Assembly (NCBI GenBank): GCA_977017645.1
Contig: OZ360239.1
Location: forward strand, 71,548,001-71,612,000
Direction of reading: 5' to 3'
Source: Torpedo marmorata
Lineage: Eukaryota
Length of the DNA stretch: 64,000 nt
The notes beneath the pieces are model-generated. The model made no database searches. It was not told the origin of the DNA and saw only the letters and a list, made by a program, of their open reading frames with translations. Positions within the stretch are counted from its first letter, which is position 1. Every line of letters begins with the position of its first letter. The position numbers and the translations under genes were made by a program. Of the stretch, positions 36,890 to 50,700 are shown piece after piece.

Positions 36890-37645
36890 TTATAGATTTT
36901 TGGAGCACAGAAAAAGGCCCTTTGGCCCCATTTATCCATTCCAACCAAGTTGTCGACCTCAGCCGGAGACATACAGGAGACTACAGATGCTGGAATTTGG
37001 AGCAAGAAACAATTTGCTGGAGGAACTCAGTGGGTCAAGTAGCATCAGCGGGGGAAAAAGAATTGTCAGTGTTTTGTACTGATGAAGGGTTTCAACCAGA
37101 ATTGTTGACTATTCTTTCCCCCCCCCCCATTGATGCCTCTTGACCTGCTAAGTTCCTCCAGCAGATTGCTTGTGTGTATTTAAGCGTGTCCATTTGCCTT
37201 TGTTTTGTCTCTATCCCCCTATACTTTCCTATCAATGTTCCTGTCACAATGTCTTTTAAACGTAATTGTACTCAACTCCACCACTTCCTCTCGCAGCTCG
37301 TTCCACATACCTGCTGTCCTTTACATGGAAAAAGTTATCTCTTGGGTCTCTTAAATTTTTCCCCTCTCACCTCAAATCCATGATGCCTAATTTTAAATTC
37401 TCCCCAACTTCGGAGAAAAAGACTATGACTATTTATGTTGATCTGTACCCCTCATGATTTTGTATCCCTCCCAGTCTCCCAGGTCACCTCCCAGTCTCTT
37501 ACACTCCGTGGAAAAAAGTTCCATCTTATCCAGCCTCTCCATTTAACTCACAGCTGCCAGTGCTAGTAACATCCTTGTAAAACTTTTCTGCACCTTTTAC
37601 TGCATTTCTGTTAGCTGGGTGACCAGAAGTGCACACAATAGAACT
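36890..37645 (-). mobile_element. Degraded CR1 fragment with a nested palindromic Penelope-derived element (about 36970-37175)
   Basis: CR1 tail at 36890-36960 resumes at about 37180. The nested arms TTGCTGGAGGAACTCAG / CTAAGTTCCTCCAGCAG surround CTGATGAAGGG. Confidence 0.7.
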
Positions 37646-40600
37646 GACTGAAATGTAGGTACCTGCAGGGGGAAGAGCTCTTTCATTGCCTGATGGGCTC
37701 ATGTACTTTAAGGTTATCATCATTAGAACTGTTGTGGCAGCTTTCAATGACCAAAAGGGAAAATTCACAGGAGCAGTACATCTGCGTACAATGTAATATT
37801 CCTGAATTGTTTCTCTTGGTCTTTGCTAAGTCAGCTATTTGGACTTGGAAGGTTACTGACCTTGATCGCTGGGCGAGAGAGGAGACAAACACTTTGGGCA
37901 CTTAGGCCAATGTTCACTCTGCTATGTTTGAGTGAAAGCAGGAGCAGATTTGGTGCTGATGTCTCCATCGGCAGAATGGTGCACTACCATTCATTGTCCA
38001 GCATGAAAAAAGTATGACTTGCAATTATACAGTGCCTATCACAATTTCAGACAGTGTTTTTGAAGTGCAGTCATACGTTAAGGTGGATATTGAAATAATT
38101 TGAATAGTTGGTAATGGTGCTGCCTGAAGAGAACAGTGGATGTTGAAAGAAAATGGAGCAATAAATATATTTAAATGTTTGTTTATTGTATGTTTTTACA
38201 TTTTTACCATGCTCTTTGTTCGAAACGTAACATTTTTCAGAAAAATGTACAATCAGGTGTGAGGACACGTAATTATGATTTTATTGCAGGCAAATAAGTC
38301 ACTTGTGGGGACGAGAGTACGTTTTATCATCATTCATAGGGTGAATTTACAGTTCCCAATGCATATTTGTCATTTGTGCTCAATGTAATGTAACAGTGTT
38401 GAAATCTAAATGTTGATTTAGATTTATAACATTCCTTCATTGAGTATTTTGTTGATTGAATTTAGAACATGAATAAAATTGAAGATCTGCAGGTCTCTTT
38501 TTTACCAAAACATGAATTACTAGATGGCCACTTTACATAAAGGGTTTTCTTATTCCAATAGGCATCATTTCTCATGTTGCGAGGTCAGTAATTCAATAGA
38601 CAGCAAAGCAGGTGTACTAATCTGTTTTGACCTGAGGAATTCTTTCTTTGACCTTATGAGGCAACAGACTGAAACATTCTCAGCATGACAGATTTTCTTT
38701 CTTTTGGTCGCTGTTTTATCAAAGAGCTGAACAGACCAAACCACACATTAACTAAGATTATTATATGGATGATTGCATACAATTTCACTGCAAACTGGAA
38801 GCAACCTTTTATGACATAGTTTACTTGTATTTTGTGACAATTTCCTGTAATATTGCTTGAAATTTATAAATTGTGCTAAATAATTACCGGTACTTCATTG
38901 TTTTTAATGATGAATATTGAATGTTTTCACTATAAAATAACAGTGTTGTTTAGTGATTTTTTTTTTTTTACAAGTCTCCTCTTGCAAGGTCTGTTATATC
39001 AAGCAATTGGTTCAACCTAATAATTTACAGCCACTAATAAATCTATAGGTCCTGTTATTTTTGTTTCGACGTTTTGTATCTGAGGGTTTAGAATTTTATA
39101 TAAGCAACCTAAGTAATTATGGGGGAAAACGAGCTCTGATTTTGAGTCATCAGATACTTTTCAGTTAGAAGGTTTTTATATAATCCTAAATCGTATTTGG
39201 GCAAGCATCTGGAAATTCTGGCATTAAAGTTGATTTGATGAACTTTGGAAAGTGATTGTTTTCAAATTCTCGTGTTACAGCATTACTGCCTCCACAGCTA
39301 ACAGATGTGTTCATCAAGGCAGTAAGTATAAAAGAGAATTCAAACAAATCACCCAAGAACAGAAGATTCAAAATGGATTATGAAAGTTGTAAAATGCCTC
39401 TGTTTGTTTCCTGCATTTGAGCTTTATAAAGGAGGCAACAGTTTCACAAATTAATGCAACTATTGTTTCATTATCAACAGCCATGTACTTAGAGCTTTAA
39501 CTTTTTTAAACGGTGAGAGGTTTCATATAATTTACATAATTTTCAACTCTATATTTTCTTGGAACGAGAATGTAGATTATTTGGAGAGGGGGAAGGGAAG
39601 AATTTGAGGAAGCTGTGAAATTGAAAGTTGATTGGTACAGATCCATCTAAGCATTTTTCCTTTTGTGGTGGCAGCACACAAATTGTGGTTAAAATAAATT
39701 TGATTATTCCAACGACAAATGCAAATGTTGAGTATGTTCCTTTCAATGTTTTTCTAACTCAGCGTTATAATCATGGAGGCATGTTAAAAATTTACTGAAA
39801 ATGATTTATGTTGCATGAAAGAAAGGAATCAAGTCACAAGGCTAGAAAGGATTTCAAAGGCTTAAACAAAAATAACAAGTCAGTGCGGAACATTTGGAAT
39901 CGTTAACTTATTTTGGTACCATGGTTTTAAAAACATTTTTGATCATTTTATTAACGCAACAATCAAACTATCCTACTAACAGTTGGTGTTAATATAATTA
40001 AATATCCATGCAATCTTAATTAGTTGAGTCGTCTTGATGCAAGTGATTGCATTTGATATATTTTTAAAGTCGGCCAGTAGAATTTTGTCCTTCTGACGAT
40101 ACTTACAAGCAATGAGTAGAATATTAATTTGGGACCATTCCTCTTTTCAGTTTTGCTGAGCTCAATTTTCCTCTGATTAAATATACAGTACTTAGTAAAC
40201 AGGTAATGCAGAAGGAAAGACCCAACACAATTGATAAATATAGAATTGTGGCAAACTGGGATGAGCCAATAGATTATGCACCAGAAGTTTCTTTTACCTG
40301 CGGTTAATCATGTCGTGGACATTTAGAGGCTTTCCAGGGAATGGAGAAAGATTAGAAGGAAAGTTACCTGGGCTGTTCTGGTAAATTTTTGAATGGTTTA
40401 TTACAGATTCTGTTTACATGTATCTGATAGCAGGCTATCTCTGCTTTTTGTCAGCCAGAGAATAATATAGGCGTGTTGGTAACAAGCAGGCACAGGTTTA
40501 ATATAATTGGGGTGACAGCCAATGAAGAGATGAAACAACTTTTTTCTTTTTCAATCTTTTTTATTATGAAACAACTTTTTTGTTTTAACAAATGCAGTAA

Positions 40601-41003
40601 ATTATGATGATCTGGGATGTATTGCCTCAAAGAGTGGTGTAACTAAACTGAATAGTAATTTCCTAAAGAGAATAAATATTTAGAAAGGAAAGAGTGCGAG
40701 GCTTTTGAGAAAGAACAAGTCAGTGTGACTAATTTTTCTTGGGACAAACCTGATGAATTGAATGGCCTGCTGTGACGTTTGATTCCATGTTTCTCTCTAA
40801 TGATGCCGTTAGATAATAATTTAAGAAATGTTATTCAGTCGTCAATAGAATTAATATTGAATAGTAGAATATTATAGTTGTGATATGTGTTGAACATGTA
40901 AATTGAGAACTTAATTGTCTGAAATCTAAAGGAAGCCACTACACCATCAAAGATCAGCAAGGTCTTATTGTTATTTCTTTGAATTTTCTGGTACTGTTTA
41001 TAG

Positions 41004-41238
41004 GATGAAGTTGTAGCTGTTTCAGAGAAAGTAGTCGTGAAGCTGGATGACCTGATGAAATGGACGTGCTCAGATTTCAGCACGTGGACACGAGGCCTCG
41101 GGGCTGTGTCACTGAAACCCTCAAAGAGAAAGGAGCTGAGGATCAATGGACAAAAGGAAACCTTGCATCACTACAGACATTGCACCCTCAACAGTGGCCT
41201 CAGTTTCAAGGATGTGTTAAAAGAAAAGGCTGACCTTG
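41004..41238 (+). CDS. ARID5B: ARID5B-like coding exon 3
   Basis: TTTATAG acceptor and TTG|GTAATT donor; 235 nt. It reads DEVVAVSEKVVVKLDDLMKWTCSDFSTWTRGL...NGQKETLHHYRHCTLNSGLSFKDVLKEKADL(G), continuing exon 2 in frame. Confidence 0.94.
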
Positions 41239-42368
41239 GTAATTATTTTATTTACATTGTTTTCTATCTGACCTCAAAATTCTAATTTGAAAGCCCTTTA
41301 TTCCTATTATTTGATTCAATTTTGGGTTTACTTGATACTGAACAGATGTGTTTATTCTCATTGAAGTTGCCCAGTCTCTGGTGGAATTTAATGGCTTGTA
41401 GTTCGGCATTGGCTATTTTCAACTGTTATGACATTTATGATGTTTTTGTGTCGTTGATGGTCTTCTTTAGAACTGCAACTTTAATGTTATTAGACATGCA
41501 AGTTTCAATAAATGTGAGGTCATCCTTTTAAAATGTTTGATTTTTCCGGTGTTATATGATCATCGGTCAGTATCAAAAATGTTATCCATCTCAATCTGCG
41601 ACTGTCTGTCTCTCTTTCTCTCTTACCTCTTTGGCCATGATCTTGTCAACATTTATCCCTTTGCTTTTGCAATGTCAACTGTCACATGTAATGCAATATA
41701 ACGTTCAGCAGTTGTCTCCAGGGGGCACAGTTCTGAAGTTTTTAACCAAATCTTTTAACATCTTGCACTGAAGAAAGAATTGAATGAGCTTGTGCATATT
41801 GTGGATAAATCACTGGTATTTATTTTCAAACCGTCTTGCCCTTTCAGCTGTTTCATTTTAATTTACAGTAACATGCTTAAAATAATACCAGTGTGTTCAC
41901 TGATTTGCCCTCCCTGGTGGTAGTGTAGTTTTAAATAATATGTTTTTTAAAAAGTCAAAGTTTTTAAATAACCAGGTTTAAAATAATAAAGTTGTGTTTT
42001 CACAACTTGGGAAAATGTCATTTTTCAGTTCTTTTAATAAATTATAGTAAATAGGGAATAAAAATATTTAATTCATCTTGTGATTACTTGTGCTTTAAAG
42101 TAAGTGATACTTATACTGCATGCATTTTTTCAGAACAATATTAAAGGTTTGATCATGTCTTTGAAAACATAGTTGTTACCTATTCTGATAATGAGTTAAG
42201 GGGGATTTAATGGTTTTGGCTAGTTGGTTTATATCCATGAACAGCATTATTAACTTGTGTTGCCTTTGAGAAATAAACAGTTGGACATGTAGTCCCTGAG
42301 GGGGTACATCCAAAGCTTACAAGGATTTTGTAGCATTCTGTTTTCAGAGGGGGTACGTTTACCAGATA

Positions 42369-42814
42369 CAGATGCTCCTCTACTTACGATGGTTTGACTT
42401 ATGATTTTTCGAAGTTACGATGGTACGATAGCGATATGCATTCGGTAGAATCCGTACTTAGAATTTTGAATTTCGATCTGTTCCCACACTTGCGATATGC
42501 GGTACGATACTCTCTACCGATGCTGGGCGATGGCATCCACTCAACCAAGCTCGCAGTCTCTGCAGCGATCACGCGAACGAGTGTAAACAACCGCAAGTGT
42601 AAACAACCAATACTGTGTTGAAAGCGTTTTTTTATTTTGGCTTTGTGTTAGATGATTTTGCCCAACTGTAGGCTACGGTAAGTGTTCTGAGCCACGTTTA
42701 AGGTAGGCTACGATGTTCGGTAGGTGCGGTACAGTATTCTTTTTCGACTTACGATTTTTCCACTTACGATGGGTTTATCGGAACGTGACCACATCGTAAG
42801 TCGAGGAGCATCTG
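42369..42814. mobile_element. Tc1/mariner-Tigger (MER47-like) MITE
   Basis: TIR CAGATGCTCCTC(T/G)ACTTACGATG...CATCGTAAGTCGAGGAGCATCTG with TA target duplication. CpG-rich, suggesting a young copy. Confidence 0.9.
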
Positions 42815-45029
42815 TACATTAAAGATCCTCAAAAGCTGCACGTGTTCGTAGATGTGTTAGATTTTATTGGAGAGTGCTACACTCTTGTTTCACACCCCCC
42901 CCCCCCATTCCACTCTAAATAACGATTCAAAATAGGTTACAATGTTTAAGAAATGGCTGACCCAGAAATATTAGTGTATATTTGCAAAATGTACAAATGA
43001 GTCTTTGTCTCAGCTGGTTCACAAGGTTCAACTTGTTGTACTTGCAAAACTAGTTATGAAATGTGTGACATGGTAAATCAATTTTGGATTTGTGAAGCAT
43101 GATGAATTTCATATACAGTTTATTGGATATTGAATAATTATATCAGAGAAGTAGAATACAGTATTTGTCTTGAGTTTTCATTTGTTGGAAGCCATGTTGG
43201 TTGTTACATTTAGTGTTAAACCTTTTGAGACTATGGGATGTGCTCATTAAATAACATGCCTGTGAAAGTTCAGTCCATGGATGTCTATTTCAATTTTGAG
43301 CTGCATCTATTGTTATTGACCAAGTGGCATTTTTCTTCTCTATATATACGGTATATTAAAAAATCGCATTGAGGGGCATTCATTTCCTATTTGGTCCTCT
43401 CACCTTGACACAGGAGAGCTGGGATTTCCAGGAACCAGCTAGCCAGTGAACTTTCCTCAAATGCTGCTCGTGTTCGTAGACGTGTTAGATTTTAAAATTA
43501 AGCAAAGGCAAGAGCCATTATTTTCAAATATATTTTAAAAAACTGCTTTACAGCAAAAAAATATTTCCCACTTGACTTCCGCAGCATTATGGAAGGAAAG
43601 AAAATCCGATTTCTAATTACGCCAAGGTTCTGCTAAGGGCATTGAGTCTCCAGTTGACCGAAGGAAAACAGCCTTATTACATTTCGCTGCTTTAAGGAGT
43701 ATTGCTTCCCCTTAGGAGAGGAATAGTGCACAGTAAATGAAACAATACCTTTCCCCCTTAAAAACAGGATACAGTCTCCAATAAACTGTGAACAATGCAC
43801 TGGGTAATATTACTGAAACAACCAACAAGATTCACTCTTGTACAAGATTGAACATTATCCCATGTAAAAGTAGGTGTGATTGTTTCAGCCCACCTCATGT
43901 AACTTCTGCTACATATATATTTGGTTCTTATAGTAGTTAATGTAGAGAATGCAGGTGCCCTGCATCTGATGTTTGTGTTCATGCAAAATAACATATTCTT
44001 TAAAGGTGAGCACAACACTAGGATGTGATAAAATAATGTAGTGCACAGGAGATGTTTGCCGGTCTTCATGGTGTAACCAGTTAATCTAAGTATAAGCAGT
44101 GCTTACAACATGTGCAAGAGTATTATCCATTAAACTAAAATGGATGTGTTTAACTCTGATAGTGAGCGCTGCTGACGTAATAGGCCATCTTTCTTCCCCT
44201 CACTATTCCCATCAGATTTTGAATCTGCGTCCTAATTTGAGAAGTCCTTGCTTTCCATCTTCTGCTTTCAATGAAGTAAACGTGGCAGTGGAGTGTTCTT
44301 GGAGTTGGAGCCTGTTCCATTGAAGATCAGTGATTTCATGTTGTTGGCTTGGAAGTTCCTTGTAGACCTGTGCATGGCATGGGATGGGAAATAAAGGAAT
44401 TTTGGGTTAGCCAAGATCCTTGAATGTGTCTTCGATGTAGTAGTTTGGATGGGAGAGTGGGCCTAGAGCCTCCATAAATGTAAAACACTGTGGCAAATGA
44501 AGAGTCCTGGAGTAAGAGGCTCTCCCCCCACTTCTTATACCACCCACTCCTTGCCAAAAGCAGCTGGCAATCAGTTCCTCCCGTTTCCTTTCCTTCCCAC
44601 CCACCCCTCCCAACTACATGCACACATCCTTGTGTATGCATGCATACACGCACGCAAACATACGCGCACTAAAGAGTTGGGTTTGCTTTGTTAGAGTGTA
44701 ATCTTCATAACAATAAAGAAAGCTAGATATTACCTAATAACTGAAATTTCTAAGCAATTTACTGACCTCTAAATTGATCTGAGTAATTTATAACCAATTG
44801 CAATTAGCATGAACTAATTGAGCATTGACCTCAACTGCAAAAGACTGATAAGTTGTTAAACAGCACAACCATTCCTCGGATCCCAAACTACCTATGAGCA
44901 GTACCAGAGGAGATCTGTTAGGACATATTTGAAAGTGTTGCTTCTAATGTGTCTTCAGCCCTTGAAAGTCTTACACCATATTGCTGATGTTTTATTTGAG
45001 ACAGTCCTAGACTCATAAAAATTCTATAG

Positions 45030-45480
45030 CATGGGTGAGTTGGGATGAAGGGACCTGTTTCCGTGCTGTAGAATTACCTATTTAACCAGTCCTGTTTGAC
45101 CCATATCCGTCTAAATAATTTTTGTCCATGTACTTGTTTAAATGTCTCTTAGATGTTGTAATTTTTCCTGCCTCTACCACTTCCTCTGACAACTCGTTCC
45201 ACATACCCACCACCCTCCATGTGGGAAAAGAGTGCCTCAGGTCCTCTTTAAGTCTTTCCCCATCACCTTCCATCTATGCCCCTAAGTTTGGACTATACCT
45301 ACCTTGGGAAAATGACTATGACTATTTACCTTGTCCATTGCCTCTATAAAGTCACCCTACAACTTCCTCTGAACCAGAGGGGGAAAAAACTCCCAGCCTA
45401 TTCAGTCTTTCCTTATAACTCAAGCCCTTCCAGACTCATCAGAATCCTTGAGAATCTTTTCTGCACTTTTCCATCTTAAT
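45030..45480. mobile_element. CR1 3' fragments (short plus-strand tail, then minus-strand fragment)
   Basis: WRVVGMWNELSEEVVEAGKITTSKRHLNKYMD on the minus strand. Confidence 0.75.
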
Positions 45481-45890
45481 TAAGAAAATGCAAGCAAACC
45501 TCACTTGTTGAATGTTACCTCAGTAAATTAGTCCACTCCTATTGCACTGCTAACTCTGTATTCTGTGCTTAAAATTCTAATTATAACCAAATACTTGAGT
45601 TCACTTCTTGTGTCAGATTCAATATTAATTTACATCAAGTCTATGTGAAGAGCAGGATGTTTTCAGCCCCAGAATAAATGATTGACGAAACTCTAACACT
45701 GAAAATTTTGAACTGAGTAGTTTTAGTACTTCTGGTTTTGTAAGTTTGCAAAATTGTAATACTGAACTCTCCTTAATTGGAGCTGGAAATAAAGGAAGAT
45801 TGAAAGTCATTATTCGTCTGCAGTTTGTTCGCCAACAGATCTTGAGGTGATCCCAATTAGTCAGTACAACTTTAAGTAGGTTAGTGGTAA

Positions 45891-47629
45891 TTAAATTATT
45901 TACCATTATTTGTGAAAATAAAGAAAGATTTAGAAAACTGGAAAGACTTACCTATAACTTTAATGGGAAGAGTAAACTGTATTAAAATGAATGTTTTTCC
46001 AAGAATTCAATATCTTTTTCAATCAATTCCTTATGGAATTCCTCAAAAATTTTTTAAAGATTTAAATTCAATTATTAGAAAATTTTTATGGAAAGGAAAG
46101 CTAGCAAGAGTAGGTATGGAAAAATTAACTTGGAATTATGAAATGGGTGGTTTACAACTTCCTAATTTCCAAAATTATTATAAAGCAGCTCAATTAAAAT
46201 TTGTTAATGAATTTTTTGATTTATCTAAATCTTCTGCTTGGATTAAAATAGAATTAAATAATATAGGAGAAGATTCTAAAGAAGAAATTATTTACAAATG
46301 GGATTCTAAATTAATATCAACAAAAAAGAAAAATTCGCCTATTTTTAAACATTTGTTAGAAATATGGTATAAGACAGATAAGGAAATAGGAGCAAAAGGA
46401 TTGATTTCTTCAAGGATGCCTTTATATCAAAATAGACTTATTCCATTTACTGTTAATAATCAATTATTTAAAATTTGGTTTCAAAAAGGAATTAAGAAAA
46501 TTAATGATTGTTTTGAAGCGGGAAAATTTATTACCTTTCAAAGAATGAAAGATAAATTTAATATATTAGATAATACACTTTTTGCTTATTATCAAATTAG
46601 AGCTTTTTTGATTGAGAAGTTAGGTAATGCTTTGATTTTGCCAAGACAAAATGAATTAGAATTATTAGTTACTAATGGGGATGTTAATAAATTTATTTCT
46701 CAAATGTATAAATTGTTTCAGAGGAAAATGCCTAAAGTAGGATTGCATAAATCAAGATTAAAATGGGAATTGGATTTGAATGTAAGAATAGATGAAAACC
46801 ATTGGAAAGAATTATGTAAATTAAGTATGACGAAAATTATTAATGCTAGATATAGATTAGTTCAATATAATTTTTTTCATCAATTATATTTAACACCTAA
46901 AAAATTAAAGAAATTTAATCTGACATTATCAGGTTTATGTTTCAGATGTAATAAAGAAGAAGGATCTTTTGTACATTCTACATGGTTTTGTCCAAAAGTT
47001 TATGTGTTTTGGTTGAAAGTTAAAAGTTTTTTTAGATAAAGTATTTAAAATTACGTTTCCAATGGATCCTATGATATTTTTGTTCGGAGATATTAGAAAA
47101 TTTAGTATTAAGATGAAATTAAACATGTATCAAATAGAATTTTTGCGAATTGCTTTAGCTGTTTCAAAGAAATGCATTGCTATTACTTGGAAATCTGATT
47201 TAGATTTAGGATTAGAAAGATGGCATGCAGAACTTCATTCGTGTATACCACTTGAAAACATTACTTATAATTTACGTAATAAATATCATTTTTTCTTAAA
47301 AATTTGGAGCCCATATATGAGAGCTGTTGGTTTAAGAATTTGAGGATCTCTGGGTATTGAGTCTACTGGCATACTTGACCTCCATAATAGAAGTAGTTTA
47401 GAAATTGGCATTCCCCTAACTTTGTTTCTCTTTTTCTTTCTTTTTCTTCTTTTTCTATTTTTACTTTTCTATTTTTATTTTATATTTTTATTAGATTAGT
47501 TGGGTTGGGAGGGTTGTGGAGGGGAGGGGGGGGTGAAAATGTATCAGATGTATTTTGATAATTTTGCTTTTTATACTATGTATTGTGTGATTTAAAAGTT
47601 TAAATAAAATATTTTAAAAATAAAAAAAA
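45891..47629 (+). mobile_element. 5'-truncated L1/Tx1-type LINE (ORF2 C-terminus, 3' UTR, poly-A)
   Basis: DLENWKDLPITLMGRVNCIKMNVFPRIQYLFQ, GGLQLPNFQNYYKA and the CCHC motif CFRCNKEEGSFVHSTWFCP. One frameshift in a T-run at about 47030. The 17-bp TSD AAGTAGGTTAGTGGTAA (45874-45890 / 47630-47646) is at a TTT|AA site. Confidence 0.95.
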
Positions 47630-48239
47630 AAGTAGGTTAGTGGTAACTCATCGATGTTATCTCATCGACTGACTGAGGTTCCCTTAACTCTGCTGACCCA
47701 CGGAAATTCCTGGTAATTGAACCCCAATGGGCTGCACTTTGTGCCTCGGCATATGGAATATGGGCAGAGTGCTTTGGATGTGGTGAAGCATATGGTGCGG
47801 AGTACTTGTGCTGTGTACATATAACCACTGATGAAATAAACTACGTCTGTCAGGAATGCCATTTCTTGCTGGGAATCCAGTAAGCAAATTGAGGAGATAA
47901 TTTGCACAATTTCTTATTATAATCGCGTCATGACATGATTACATTGGTCATTTTCATTATAAATGTAAGCATTAGTGCTTTAAAAAAATCTGTGCCCTGA
48001 AATTGCCCATGTGAAAATTAACCTTTTTCAGAATGGAATATGGTCATGCTGATATTCATGTTTATGGTCACGCAAGTTTGGAAATTCCAGTCTTGGACCG
48101 AGTTTGTAAAGATTGGTGGTTTTCAGTATTAATGTGTGGATGTACCAGTGCTGTTCCGCATGTCTATATCACTCATAGGAGGAATGAGTCATTTTCTGAA
48201 GCGTGCCGGTTGTCGGGAGGCTGTTCTGAAGCGTGCCGG

Positions 48240-48490
48240 TTTAGTTTAGAGACACAGAACGGTTCCAGGCTCTTCCAGCCCATGAACCCACGCTGCCCAA
48301 ATACACCCATGTGACTAATTAACCTACCAACCCCATACATCTTTGGAATGTGAGTGGAAACCGGAGCACCCAGGGAAAACCCACGCAGACACGGGGAGAA
48401 CGTACAAACTCCTTACAGACAGCGGCGCATTGGAACCCAGGTAACTGGCGCTGTAATAGCGTTGTGCTAACCACAACACTCACCGTGTTG
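48240..48490 (-). mobile_element. tRNA-derived SINE (HE1/V-SINE-like)
   Basis: Reverse complement of the 36563-36810 family. Confidence 0.85.
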
Positions 48491-49590
48491 GGCAGTGAGC
48501 CCTATCGTGTTTTTGGTGGTGAGATTTAAAAGGGACTTCCCTGGATTTGTCCCAGCCCAGAGTTCTGATAAGCCCCTTTCGACTTGTTTACTTGCCAGCT
48601 CACTTTGGACCAGTGCAGATCCTCTGTTTATTTTTTTTCAAGCCCAACAACCGTTGTGTTCCACAACCATCCTTTCTGCAGGCCTGTGCAGAGGTGCTTC
48701 ACTGTGTAAATCTGATCCACGTGTGTTCAACACCTTGGACCTGGATTTACAAGTGACAGGCCCATGATGCTGTTGGATGTTGGCTTGGTGGGTGGTAACT
48801 GATTAACAGGCCTCTGAGTACTGACGCAAAACTCCCGGACAATTTAATTATCCAGCAGTCCCTGACGTTAAGGCCATTAGGATAACTGAAGATCACCCTC
48901 ACAATATTCTCAAATCACTACCCAAAGGTATGGAATAAAATTCACTCATTTATGTGGTGGGGAGGGGGGGTGAGAGTAAATAATTTTTTTTTCAACTTTA
49001 ATGCCCATGTAGTTGAGAAAGACCGAGATGCATTGCACAATGTGGTCAATTAGCTGGAAGTTGGAAGAAGGGGGTCACCTGGTTATTATCAGGTTCAAGT
49101 TTATTGTCACATGCACCAAGGTGCAGTGATGCAGTTTGTTTTGTGAGCAGATTTCGTGGCCTCGTGTTATGAAAAATCACGGTACAGTTACTTTTCCAGA
49201 CATGAAAACTTCTGACCCCATTACGTTGGGACCGTCTACATGACTGACAACGATGATAGATGCCATGCTTTGACATCACGTTGATGTCACCTCATCATCC
49301 ATTTCTTTTCCCAGGAAACATTGAAAAATTGGCAGAATTGTCATTTTAATCGGATGTGATAATGCATTTACATATTCTTCCAAATTTCCACAATGCTACA
49401 AGACCTGCTTTTAGGGAAGTCCCAGATATGAACAGGTTTTTGCTCTCTTCTAAGTTCTTGATTCATATTATGCAATCTTGATGTTATATTGTTGAAAGCT
49501 GTTTTCAGAATTAGAAATTCAACTAACTGTGACACCAGTTGTTTCAGCCTTGGGTTTAATTGTCGTGGCATCAAGAAAATATTCTTGTAC

Positions 49591-49835
49591 AGTACAATGT
49601 AATGTATAAATTTTTAATGGTGCGACACCTCCCAAGAAGGTTGAAAAATCAATGTAAGCACTGACGGTACGTTTCGTTTTTTATTTTTTTTCCTTCTGGA
49701 TGTTGTATTTTTTTTTCAGTTGGGGAGGGAGGGAGAGTTTAATAATAATGTTGTGTATAATTGGAAATTGTATATTTTTTGTTTATATTGTGAACTTTTC
49801 TTAAAAATTAAAAATAAATTTTTTTTTTTTTTAAA
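49591..49835 (+). mobile_element. Short A-tailed retroposon, copy 1 (L1-like 3' UTR architecture)
   Basis: Unique head, T-tract, G-tract and AATAAA. Flanking repeat AAGAAAATAT(T)TCTTGT at 49573 and 49836. Homolog at 63390-63652 (minus). Confidence 0.7.
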
Positions 49836-50700
49836 AAGAAAATATTTCTTGTGAATTTATAAGATTGAAACAGGTTTACAATTTGATCAGTTACCTGAGG
49901 GCAGTTTGACTCTTGACACTATTTAAAATTCTCTAACCATTTCTTCACATGCCAATTAGCATTCTCTTTGTGAGATCTACTTTTAGTTTCCACAGTGCAT
50001 TTGAATAATTACTTTATCGCATCTTGGTAATATATTCTATATTTAAATCTCTTTCCATATCTGGGAGCCGCAATAGAACCTATGACAAAAACTGCCATTG
50101 ATGCAAATTTTTTGGAATGAGTTATGTCGTGAATGTGTCAGAACTATATTTGATACAGTTATTTTTGCAAACTAGTACAGCATTTATGTAAGTAATTGTG
50201 ATTATTGCATTAACTTAGCGAAGCAATTGATACCTGTAATTTATAAAAATATGTACCAGTTGTTTCTGCAGCCATGTTGCCTTGGGTCAAGTTAGAACTC
50301 GTGAATAGCAGCTTGCGTCGTCCTTTGCATTCTATGAGCTGTTATTGCTAAATTGTTTTATTTTCTTTGTGAAATACAAAATATATCACTTTAAAAATAG
50401 TAATATAGGAAGTAACAGTAGAACAGAAGTGGGCCAGTACTGTTGCAATATTTAATTAGGTTGTGACTGGTTCTTAATTTTATTTACTTCCTTGGCTTGA
50501 AACCTTTTATTACACTTGACTAACAATGTATCAATTTAAATTGTTAATTTTTTAATTTAAAATCTCCCCACCAAACGCTTCGGCAGCTTTTTAAAGACAG
50601 TTCCTGAATTAAAACGTCCTTGATTACCCTAGCAGTAATGTTATGATTATTTACCTGTTCCCGGATTCCTGCAGAGGAAATGATTTTGCTTGCTCTACTC

